Assembly (NCBI GenBank): GCA_002269645.1
Contig: NIVC01001907.1
Location: 124,001 to 188,000 of the forward strand
Reading direction: 5' to 3'
DNA from: Macrostomum lignano
Taxonomy: Eukaryota
DNA length: 64,000 nucleotides
The notes under the pieces were generated by a model. It was given only the letters and a program-made list of their open reading frames with translations, ran no database searches and was not told where the DNA came from. A program made the translations under genes and the position numbers. Every line of letters starts with the position of its first letter. The first letter of the stretch is position 1. Shown here piece after piece: positions 48,901 through 59,475 of the stretch.

Positions 48901-49447
48901 TTGAGCTTGGAGATTCGGATATTGGGATTTGAGCTTGGAGATTCGGATATTGGGATTTTACAATGGGAACTGAAAGATGGACAATTATTGGTACGAGCGT
49001 ATTAGGAGTTTTGGATTTAAAAATAAATAAGGATTTGTACACTGTGGATTAACTCAATGGCAGGTCCAGTCTTAGACAGCGCGAGCGCGCCACCGAAGCC
49101 TCAGCCATTCGGCGCAACCTGCCTACAGTGGCGCAGCGCTGTCTGCACTGGCTGGCCGAGACCGCCTCGCCTTCGGCCGCTGCCGCCGTCCCAGTCGGCT
49201 GCGTCATTGACTGGACGCCGGCTTGTCCCGGTTGCGCCCGCTGCGTGGCTCCCGCCCCGGCACGCAGTCTGAGCAGCCGCCTGCTCAGCGTCAGCCAGCG
49301 ACCCTCGCCAGCACAGCAGCAGCAGCAGCTGGCGACCGCCTCCGTCAACCCGACTGCGGCCAGTGGCGTCAACTGGAAGTACCGGCGACTTTGGGGATTC
49401 GTCTAAGCCCAACGCCTACCGGCACTGCCGGGGGCGTACTGCTGCAG
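45920..49447 (+). CDS. AGK: Acylglycerol kinase, exons 1-3 (45920-46273, 47712-48148, 49064-49447)
   Basis: N-terminal KKCAAG..LA.GW..WLY, VTVLFNPRA, FEK..SPMLHLAGFEV, VLVAGGDGTL..AVTGLLRR and CPGC..C all match AGK. Exon 3 changes frame near 49270-49320. Confidence 0.88.
46274..46900. repeat. G-rich minisatellite (GGCTGGGATCTCTGGGGTTGGAG) in AGK intron 1
   Basis: Direct. Confidence 0.92.
47040..47620. repeat. 25-nt minisatellite (TTCCTAGAAACTCAAAGATTCCAAT) in AGK intron 1
   Basis: Direct. Confidence 0.9.
48220..48960. repeat. About 27-nt minisatellite (GGGATTTGAGCTTGGAGATTCGGATATT) in AGK intron 2
   Basis: Direct. Confidence 0.92.
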
Positions 49448-49554
49448 GTTGGCGTTGCGGGCTGCGGTTTGGGGATCTGGGATATTGGGTCCGTTATTGT
49501 CCAGAAACTGGCATTTTTAATTTAGGATTTGGGATTTAGGATTTCAGATCTAGG

Positions 49555-50614
49555 ACCTGGGATCTAGGATCTGGGATCTAGGATCTGGGATCTAGGATCT
49601 GGGATCTAGGATCTGGGATCTAGGATCTGGGATCTAGGATCTGGGATCTAGGATCTGGGATCTAGGATCTGGGATCTAGGATCTGGGATCTAGGATCTGG
49701 GATCTAGGATCTGGGATCTAGGATCTGGGATCTAGGATCTGGGATCTAGGATCTGGGATCTAGGATCTGGGATCTAGGATCTGGGATCTAGGATCTGGGA
49801 TCTAGGATCTGGGATCTAGGATCTGGGATCTAGGATCTGGGATCTAGGATCTGGGATCTAGGATCTGGGATCTAGGATCTGGGATCTAGGATCTGGGATC
49901 TAGGATCTGGGATCTAGGATCTGGGATCTAGGATCTGGGATCTAGGATCTGGGATCTAGGATCTGGGATCTAGGATCTGGGATCTAGGATCTGGGATCTA
50001 GGATCTGGGATCTAGGATCTGGGATCTAGGATCTGGGATCTAGGATCTGGGATCTAGGATCTGGGATCTAGGATCTGGGATCTAGGATCTGGGATCTAGG
50101 ATCTGGGATCTAGGATCTGGGATCTAGGATCTGGGATCTAGGATCTGGGATCTAGGATCTGGGATCTAGGATCTGGGATCTAGGATCTGGGATCTAGGAT
50201 CTGGGATCTAGGATCTGGGATCTAGGATCTGGGATCTAGGATCTGGGATCTAGGATCTGGATCTAGGATCTGGGATCTAGGATCTAGGATCTAGGATCTA
50301 GGATCTGGATCTAGGATCTGGGATCTAGGATCTAGGATCTGGATCTGGATCTAGGATCTGGGATCTAGGATCTAGGATCTGGGATCTAGGATCTGGGATC
50401 TAGGATCTGGGATCTAGGATCTAGGATCTAGGATCTGGGATCTAGGATCTGGGATCTAGGATCTAGGATCTGGGATCTGGGATCTAGGATCTGGGATCTA
50501 GGATCTGGGATCTAGGATCTGGGATCTAGGATCTGGGATCTAGGATCTGTGATCTAGGATCTGTGATCTAGGATCTGGGATCTAGGATCTAGGATCTAGG
50601 ATCTAGGATCTAGG
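49555..50614. repeat. (GGATCTAGGATCTG)n 14-nt satellite, about 1.06 kb
   Basis: Direct; highly homogeneous. Confidence 0.98.
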
Positions 50615-50944
50615 AGTAGTAATAGAAAATTACGTCCATACCTCACTTTTCAATTGCAAAACACGTAATAAGGTACCCGTCAGAAATTTTATTACGCACA
50701 TACCCTATTTTTCTGTTAAAAATCAAGTAGTAAGGTACCGAACCAAAGGGTAGGGTATTCTACAGGAATTGTAACTACACTGCACCGCACCCACAAAGAA
50801 TCCAAAAGAAGAAAAGATCTCAATTTCGATCAACCAACCAACCAACTTGTCCAAAAACGCACTTTCGGTATATTTCTGCATTACAAGAACAGAGGCAACA
50901 CATGTGCTGCAAAGCGTCGTAGGCAAAAATACGTGCGCCGAAAT

Positions 50945-51370
50945 TCATTTCCTTCGACGAGACCCACAACCAAGAATACGCGTTAAAAAGAATCGAAGGC
51001 CACCACCACCAGTCAGTTTGAAATACAAATAAAACAACACCCAAATACCACAATGACCAGTCCGAGGATCCTGAATAGCAAATCGGCTGTAGGACCAATT
51101 TTGAAAATCCCCACATTCTCGCCTCAACCACCGTCTAATATTTTCCGATGGATTTAAACCAAGCGTATCAAAATATTCCCCGACTCTTCGTCCACGGCGC
51201 CCCCTAACCCGCCTGCTACTCACCCAAACTACAACCCAATGCCTACCAGGAAGATTCGAAGTGTCTGTATTCGCCACAAAGAAATAGTCTTTATCATCTA
51301 AAGGTTGCAGCTGCCGCCAACGCGAAACCCTCTGCTGACTAGGTAGAACGAACCCCCCTTCTCGCTCCCT
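50945..51370 (-). pseudogene. Polinton adenovirus-like cysteine protease remnant
   Basis: ANTDTSNLPGRHWVVV, EYFDTLG, IQD..TGHCG: His, Asp, Gln and Cys catalytic residues are intact. The frame is open upstream to about 51370 but has no ATG. Confidence 0.8.
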
Positions 51371-51597
51371 TTACGTTGGTGGCTCCCAACTCGATCCACC
51401 CCTTCCTCTCAACCAACCCTGACCCTCCCTAATCCACCACATGAGATCTCAGTCGTCCCTATGAGTAATTTTGCTGAATATAAGATCCTACCGACAGCAG
51501 TCCGGAAAATTTTCTAGTCTTGTCTAAACGCATTCACTCACTACGAATATGGACAAATCCGCGCAAAAGAAGGAACTAGCTGAGCGATATGTGAGAG

Positions 51598-51864
51598 ATG
51601 GTAAGCATTGGGCTTTTTGTTTATTCAGAGGCTAATGAGGTAGTAATGGGCTGCGTCTTCTCTCTTTGCAGCGTTCAAGAACGGGGTCTTTGCGCGGCCG
51701 CCGCCGGGATATATATGTACCCCGAGCATGTCACGGCTTGCGAAGGTAAATACGCCCTGGCTGTACAAGCCCTAGGTGCTGGCTGCTTCCGTTTCTTCTT
51801 CAGGGAGAAGGAGTCGGGAAGAGTCACTACGGTTGACTACTGCGATTTGACTGCGGACGCCTGA
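51598..51864 (+). CDS. Hypothetical 88-aa ORF inside the mini-Polinton
   Basis: ATG-initiated ORF in a GC-richer block of the element; no recognisable motif. Confidence 0.25.
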   Translation: MVSIGLFVYSEANEVVMGCVFSLCSVQERGLCAAAAGIYMYPEHVTACEGKYALAVQALGAGCFRFFFREKESGRVTTVDYCDLTADA

Positions 51865-52814
51865 CTGTGCAATGGAACGAAGCTCGTAAATAATTTGGTA
51901 TTATTAGTATTGTAATTATTTATCCACTATTCGTTAGGGAATTTTAAAGTTATTTAAAAGACTGTCAAATCGCATTTTTGCGTTCATTTGCATCAAGAAA
52001 TTAACGTCATGAATTAACTAATCGTGTATCTCATCTGTTAAAATATATAGACATGTCAACTTGATTCGACCGAAAGACTGTTTCTTACTACGATGGTTCA
52101 GTTTATTATTGTGCATGGCCGTCAGTACCGAACTCAGGCGGATCTTGTCACAGCAACACTTACAATTACCTGGTTTTTTGGATTTGATCGGTTTCTCGAT
52201 CGGTGACTGAGAGTTAAAAACTGCATATTTCTTTTGGCGTATTATATTTTAGTCAAGTTGTATTCAAGTATACTTAGTTTCGTAAGTCTCAATGGTCTTT
52301 TCTCGAAAATGAAAAAATTGGGGTCTTGAATGACTCCTGTTACAAAAAAGGCTGGGCGCAGCACGTGGCTTATTTACTGCCTGTGTCCTGTTCTGAGCTG
52401 GGTTTTGCTTGCAGAGGGATTGTGGCACAATTTTGACTTCTGCAATTTATTAAGATCTTTTCTTTTGTTCTTTGTGGGTGTGTGTTTCCTCTATTCTTGT
52501 AATGCAGAAATAGCTGTCGTTTTTCAGCAACTTGGTTGATCGGTGTTGTTGGGGTCTTTTCTTTCTCGTTCTTTGTGGGTGCGGTGCAGTGTAGTTGGAA
52601 TTCCCGTAGAATACCCTACCATTTGGTTCGGTACCTTACTACTTGATTTTTAATACAAAAATAAGGTATGTGCGTAATAAAATTTCTGACGGGTACCTTA
52701 TTACGTGTTTTGCAATTGAAAAGTGGGGTATGGACGTAATTTTCTATTACTACTTCTAGGGACTGAGATCTGGGATCTCAGAAGCGAAGGCTGCCCGCAA
52801 CATTTCATTGCCAG

Positions 52815-53132
52815 GTGCTCCCAGCTCGCCTATCAGGCGGCCAGCTGTGGCGGGCCATCGGCACCAGACTGTCTGGTGGCGACTCTTCCACTGCCGCAGC
52901 TCGAATCGATCAGTTCTACACTGACTGCTCTGAGACTCAACTACTGGCTGGCGGCGTCTCCGTCCGCCTGTTGCGCAACAATGAGGCCGCCGCGTCGGCC
53001 CAGCAGCCTACGCCGGAAGAGCTGGAGAAGCAAAAGAAGAAAGAGACGCCTTATTTTCTTGATAACGAACTGTTTGACCCGGTGGACGTTCAGGTCAGCC
53101 TTAGCGAGGTGCCGCTGCTGCTGTGCGCTTGA
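52815..53132 (+). CDS. AGK: Acylglycerol kinase, last exon
   Basis: Acceptor CATTTCATTGCCAG, phase 0; FLDNELFDPVDVQVSL resembles the AGK C-terminus (IDSEEYEAMPVEVKL; recalled). Confidence 0.75.
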   Translation: MLPARLSGGQLWRAIGTRLSGGDSSTAAARIDQFYTDCSETQLLAGGVSVRLLRNNEAAASAQQPTPEELEKQKKKETPYFLDNELFDPVDVQVSLSEVPLLLCA

Positions 53133-53344
53133 CGTTTTGGCAGGTTGAACTTTTAGCAGTGTTTAGAAAAGTGATTTGCTAGCAAAATATATTGGTTTCG
53201 AGTTGCTGGATTTCTTTGTTAAATGACTGGCATTTCTTACTAATCGCGTCTTTATGTTCGGTTCATTTGCAAATTTTATTTAGGCTTTTATTTGTCACGT
53301 TGCTTCACCTTTCACTTGCGTGAAATAAACTAATTGTGCTCTCC

Positions 53345-53820
53345 GTGTGTCCTTAAATCCGCCTCTCTCCGCTCTCCCTGAGCAGTCCTTGAATCCGTCT
53401 CTCCGCTCTCCCTGAGCAGTCCTTGAATCTGCCTCTGCGCTCCCATGAGCAGTCCTTGAATCCGCCTCTCTCCGCTCTCCCTGAGCAGTCCTTGAATCTG
53501 TCTCTCTCCGCTCTCCCTGAGCAGTCCTTGAATCTGCCTCTGCGCTCCCATGAGCAGTCCTTGAATCCGTCTCTCTCTGCTCTCCATGAGCAGTCCTTGA
53601 ATCCGCCTCTCTCCGCTCTCCCTGAGCAGTCCTTGAATCCGCCTCTCTCCGCTCTCCATGAGCAGTCCTTGAATCCGTCTCTCCGCTCTCCCTGAGCAGT
53701 CCTTGAATCCGTCTCTCCGCTCTCCCTGAGCAGTCCTTGAATCCGCCTCTCTCCGCTCTCCCTGAGCAGTCCTTGAATCCGTCTCTCTCCGCTCTCCCTG
53801 AGCAGTCCTTGAACCCGCCT
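53345..53820. repeat. About 33-nt minisatellite (CTCTCCGCTCTCCCTGAGCAGTCCTTGAATCCG)
   Basis: Direct. Confidence 0.93.
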
Positions 53821-54238
53821 CTTACCGCCCTCCTTTTATAAGCCATAAGGTCTGTCACCTATTATTCGATTAGCCATTTTCGTTACTAACTTGTTCAACA
53901 TTTTCCGCAGCTACTGCAGTTCCAGTGGTACTCCGGCCTCCATTTAACTTTTTATTTTTCGCTAACATTTCAGCATTGTGTTTGCAAAGACGCGCCTGCG
54001 GCTAGAGGGGGTCAGACAGAGCGAGCGCGATAGTAAAGCGGGGGCGGCTTGTAGGGTTGGATACAGCAGCGTTTCTAGCATATTTTAATTTAGCTTTTTT
54101 TTAGATCCGTGCTACTTATAGGGGCAGTTAAGGGTTTTTAAAAAGATATTTTTGCCAAAATGCTTCAAAAATATATTCACACTGCTATTAGCGGTAGTAC
54201 AAGTAAATCAATGGAAGAATTTTGAATATTGCAAACAA

Positions 54239-55873
54239 ATGATGCTCTTATTGACTGCCGCCCATCGCGAGGCTGAGGCCGCCCGCTGGCTTGGTCACGT
54301 GCGCGCTGGCCGCCTCTCAGCCGTGGCGCGCAGCCTCGGCGCCGGCGATCTCGGCGTCGACACGCGCGCCGGCCCAAACGGCAACACCGGCCTGCACGAG
54401 GCCTGCGCAGCCGGTTGCTTCGAGGTTGCCGCCTTTCTGATTGGCCGTGGCGCCAAGTTGGACGCCGCTAACGATTGGGGCTCCACGCCGCTGCACATGG
54501 CAGTGGGATCGGGACATCTGGCACTGGTGCGCTTGCTGATTGAGCGGGGCGCCTGTCTGGATCGGGTGGACAGGTGAGGCTTGAGGTGGTGGGCAGGTGA
54601 GGCTTGAGGTGGTGGGCAGGTGAGGCTTGAGGTGGTGGGCAGGTGAGGCTTGAGGTGGTGGGCAGGTGAGGCTTGAGGTGGTGGGCAGGTGAGGCTTGAG
54701 GTGGTGGGCAGGTGAGGCTTGAGGTGGTGGGCAGGTGAGGCTTGAGGTGGTGGGCAGGTGAGGCTTGAGGTGGTGGGCAGGTGAGGCTTGAGGTGGTGGG
54801 CAGGTGAGGCTTGAGGTGGTGGGCAGGTGAGGCTTGAGGTGGTGGGCAGGTGAGGCTTGAGGTGGTGGGCAGGTGAGGCTTGAGGTGGTGGGCAGGTGAG
54901 GCTTGAGGTGGTGGGCAGGTGAGGCTTGAGGTGGTGGGCAGGTGAGGCTTGAGGTGGTGGGCAGGTGAGGCTTGAGGTGGTGGGCAGGTGAGGCTTGAGG
55001 TGGTGGGCAGGTGAGGCTTGAGGTGGTGGGCAGGTGAGGCTTGAGGTGGTGGGCTTAGGAGCGGACAGGTGAGGCCTAGGAGCGGACAGTTGAGGCTTAG
55101 GAGCGGACAGGTGAGGCCTAGGAGCGGACAGGTGAGGCTTAGGAGCGGACAGGTGAGGCTTAGGAGCGGACAGGTGAGGCTTAGGGGCGGACAGGTGAGG
55201 CTTGGGGCAGGTCATTTGCCAAACCGGGCGATTATTATTGATATTTCTAAGAAATGTTTTTGACGGCTAGAGTTTTTCAGTAAAAGTACATCACCAAAAA
55301 ACTGCACAAAAAAACCATACGGTCGTTAAAGAAATTGGATCAAAAGTGTTCTTTGCCACTGACAGCGGCAGTGTAAGCGTATTGATGGAATAATTTGTAG
55401 TGGGCTATAAAAACATGCCATAGCCCTTTCCTCCGCTGCTGGATTCCCACAGCCGGTTGGGCTCGCCGCTGCACTATGCGTCCGCGCACAACCAGCCGGA
55501 GGCGGCCATCCTGCTGGCCAGCGCCGGCGCCGATCTGGAGGCCCGCTGCCGCTGCCGCTGCGGTCCAGCCGCCGAAACGCCGCTGGCGGTTGCCTGCTCT
55601 CGCGGCCACTGCCGAGTTGCCGAAGTTCTGCTCGCTTTCGGCGCCGCTCCGCCTCGGCCGATGTCGACTGGCCAAGCGCCTCTGGCCGCGTGGACGGCCG
55701 CCACGGCTGCGGGGCAGCGGCCGGAGCAGCTGACTGCGTTGGCCAGGCGAGCCGTCTGGCGCCGACTGCGGCAGCTCGGCCCGACAGCGGCCAGGCAGAC
55801 CGCTAATTGGCTGCCCTGCAGGCTGCGCGACTTCCTCTGCCTGGGACTGCCGGCCTGGCCTTGGCCGGAGTAG
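54239..55873 (+). CDS. Ankyrin repeat and SOCS box protein (ASB-like)
   Basis: Exons 54239-54573 and 55453-55873 (phase 2). Ankyrin repeats GNTGLHEA, GSTPLHMA, GSPLHYA and ETPLAVA; SOCS box PEQLTALARRAVWRRL...LPCRLRDFL. Confidence 0.88.
54571..55205. repeat. 23-nt minisatellite (CAGGTGAGGCTTGAGGTGGTGGG) starting at the ASB splice donor
   Basis: Direct. Confidence 0.96.
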
Positions 55874-55874
55874 C

Positions 55875-56330
55875 TGGGTGTTGTCTGGCCTGTGCTCAGC
55901 TGCTGTCTGGCCTGTACTCAGCTGCTGTCTGGCCTGTGCTCAGCTGCTGTCTGGCCTGTACTCAGCTGCTGTCTGGCCTGTGCTCAGCTGCTGTCTGGCT
56001 TGTGCTCAGCTGCTGTCTGGCCTGTGCTCAGCTGCTGTCTGGCCTGTGCTCAGCTGCTGTCTGGCCTGTACTCAGCTGCTGTCTGGCCTGTGCTCAGCTG
56101 CTTATGTTTAATGTCTATTCTTATATCTTTAATCTACTCAGCTACTCTCTAATCTACCCAGCTACCTTCTAATCTACTCAGCTACTCTCTAATCTACCCA
56201 GCTACCTTCTAATCTACCCAGCTACCTTCTAATCTACTCAGCTACTCTCTAATCTACTCAGCTACTCTCTAATCTACCCAGCTACCTTCTAATCTACCCA
56301 GCTACATTCTAATCTACCCAGCTACCCTCA
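55875..56330. repeat. Two adjacent minisatellites (22-nt CTCAGCTGCTGTCTGGCCTGTG; 20-nt TCTAATCTACCCAGCTACCT)
   Basis: Direct; 3' of the ASB stop codon. Confidence 0.9.
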
Positions 56331-57109
56331 ACTTTTCTACCTTTTATGCTGTATCTACCGCTCCCCAACCAGCCAAAATGAATGCTATCAATCTACCAGT
56401 TCATCTGTTGCTTACTAAAAGTTACCCAGTGCACTTATTTGGATCGGTCACGCCCACAAGCCTTGCATCATCTGTATAGACATGCAGCCATCAATCAGAT
56501 TTTTTATATTATTTAATGTTTTGTATGTAGTATCTTAGCTTACTTTGTTTTTAGCTGGTAATCATCGGCTTTCTGATTTATTTTTTAAATTTTCAAATTG
56601 TTTTTGTCACATACTTGCGACGACCGGGTGTCATCTAGACAGAATTGCTGCAGATCTACCCTGTCAGTAGCTTTCTTTGCTATTCTCTGTTTTACCATTT
56701 AGATTTCTATATATAGAATATAGATAGAGATTTATCCTTATCTGAAGCCTATATGCATATTGTGCCTTCTTTTTTCAATGCTCTAGTTTTTTCCCCTAAT
56801 CGGTTTACTTTTTGACTTGACGACCTTTTTTTTACAATCAATTTTTGTTGTTTTTTGGGATGATTTTGTACCCTGTGCTCAAGATGATGCTGCCACATAC
56901 TAGAGTTCGTGTGCTAACTGCTGATAATTTGGAATTTTTTTTGCCTTCCTAGCTCCTCAAAAAGCTGTTTAATAACCTTGAATTACTACTGCCCTTTTAT
57001 ATCAGTAGCTATGTATGTATTTTGATTGTAAGTTTGTACCCACTTGTTATCATAAGTTTTTCTTTACTAACAGTAGTAGCTGAAAGTGAATACAGAATAC
57101 GCATTGTAA

Positions 57110-59375
57110 TCTGTCTAGGCGGTGTCTCTGGGAATTGTTAGGCAGTGTCTATGGGAATTGTGAAGCATTGTCTATGGCAATTTTTAAGATTTGTCGTTGG
57201 GAATTGTTAGGCAGTGTCTATGGGAATTGTTAGGCAGTGTCTATGGGAATTGTTAGGTGGTGTCTCTGGGAATTGTTAGGCAGTGTCTCTGGGAATTGTT
57301 AGGCAGTGTCTATGGGAATTGTTAGACAGTGTCTATGGGAATTGTTAGGCAGTGTCTATGGGAATTGTTAGACAGTGTCTATGGGAATTGTTAGACAGTG
57401 TCTATGGGAATTGTTAGACAGTGTCTATGGGAATTGTTAGGCAGTGTCTATGGGAATTGTTAGGCAGTGTCTATGGGAATTGTAAGGCAATGTCTTTGGG
57501 AATTGTTAGGCAGTGTCTATGGGAATTGTCAAGCGGTGTCTATGGAAATTTTTAGGCAGTGTCTATGGGAATTGTCAAGCGGTGTCTATGGGAATTTTTA
57601 GGCAGTGTCTATGGGAATTATTAGGCAGTGTCTATAGGAATTATTGGGCAGTGTCTATAGGAATTATTGGGCAGTGTCTATAGGAATTATTGGGCAGTGT
57701 CTATAGGAATTATTGGGCAGTGTCTATAGGAATTATTGGGCAGTGTCTAAGGGAATTGTTATGGGTGTCTATGATAATGGTTGGGCAGTGTCTATGGGAA
57801 TTGTTATGGGTGTCTATGGGAATTGTTATGGGTGTCTATGGGAATTGTTATGGGTGTCTATGGGAATTGTTATGGGTGTCTATGGGAATTGTTATGGGTG
57901 TCTATGGGAATTGTTATGGGTGTCTATGGGAATTGTTATGGGTGTCTATGGGAATTGTTATGGGTGTCTATGGGAATTGTTATGGGTGTCTATGGTAATT
58001 GTTATGGGTGTCTATGGGAATTGTTATGGGTGTCTATGGGAATTGTTATGGGTGTCTATGGGAATTGTTATGGGTGTCTATGGGAATATCAGAAACATCT
58101 CTTATCAGAAACTTGATAAGCCAACTGCATGTTTTAGTTCCAAACTGGCTTGAAGTCCGTACATGCTACTGTTAGTAGCACAATGATATTGTATTTTTTA
58201 GCTAAGCCTTAAAGATTTATCGAATTCCCCCACCACTTTTTGCACCAAACCTTTGCATTGTTTTCTTTTGCTAAAGCAGAAATATAGACGGTTTCATTTT
58301 AAATTTATTTTATTTAGTCTTCTTTTTCCTGAAATAATAGTTTGGCTTTTTCATTGTATTATCTTTAATAACAGATATGATGTGATTTAGAAAGTTTTAA
58401 GTTTTAAACTATCGTCTTTATAGCTGGTTTGCCAAATGCATTCATAGTCAAGTGCATTTATAACTTTGCAATGAAATTGACTATAGAACTGCTCGGCAAC
58501 CAGCTTACAGTAGGCGAACACCGATCTGAAAAATGGATAGCAGGTGTTTTCAAGATGCCGGACGCATACAGGTGTGGCGGCTGCATAGATTGCTTCATTG
58601 CGCCATGTATAATGCGTCCTACAGGCTGTTTTTTGTCATAAAAATGCTGCAGTGTTAGATTTAACTACTGTTAGTAAGCTAGAGGAATGGGCTTTGGGTG
58701 TCTATCTAGTTAGTGGATGTCTATGGGGAATGTTTGGTGTTGTCTCTGGAAGTTCTTGTTGATGTCTATTGGAATTGTTAGTCAGTGTCTATGGGAATTG
58801 TTAGTCAGTGTCTATGGGAATTGTTAGTCAGTGTCTATGGGAATTGTTAGTCAGTGTCTATGGGAATTGTTAAGATTTGTCTATGGGAATTGTTAGGCAG
58901 TGTCTATGGGAATTGTTAGTCAGTGTCTATGGGAATTGTTAGTCAGTGTCTATGGGAATTGTTAGTCAGTGTCTATGGGAATTGTTAGTCAGTGTCTATG
59001 GGAATTGTTAGTCAGTGTCTATGGGAATTGTTAGTCAGTGTCTATGGGAATTCTTAAGATTTGTCTATGGGAATTGTTAAGATTTGTCTATGTGAATTGT
59101 TAAGATTTGTCTATGGGAATTGTTAGGCGGTGTATATGTGAATTGTTAGGCAGTGTCTATGGGAATTGTTAAGATTTGTCTGTGGGAATTGTTAGGCGGT
59201 GTCTATGGGAATTGTTAGACAGTGTCTATAGGAATTGTTAAAAAAGTGTCTATGGGAATTGTTAGACAGTGTCTATAGGAATTGTTAGGCAGTGTCTATG
59301 GGAATTGTTAGACAGTGTCTATAGGAATTGTTAGGCAGTGTCTATGGGAATTGTTAGGCAGTGTCTATGGGAATT
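57110..59375. repeat. 23-nt minisatellite (GTGTCTATGGGAATTGTTAGGCA) in two blocks, 57110-58085 and 58770-59375
   Basis: Direct; a unique spacer of about 700 bp separates the blocks. Confidence 0.93.
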
Positions 59376-59475
59376 CTCTGAGATATCTGCCATCTTCATC
59401 GCTGCATCATGCCCGCAGTCGAAGTCCAAGAGCGGTCAGTCGCACAGAGGCGGGCAGACGGCGGCCGACTCAACA

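Larger units (their letters stand above)
50615..52754. mobile_element. Non-autonomous mini Maverick/Polinton, 2140 bp
   Basis: AGTAGT...ACTACT termini, imperfect TIRs of about 275 bp, exact 6-bp TSD TCTAGG (50609-50614 and 52755-52760), internal adenain-type protease. Confidence 0.92.
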
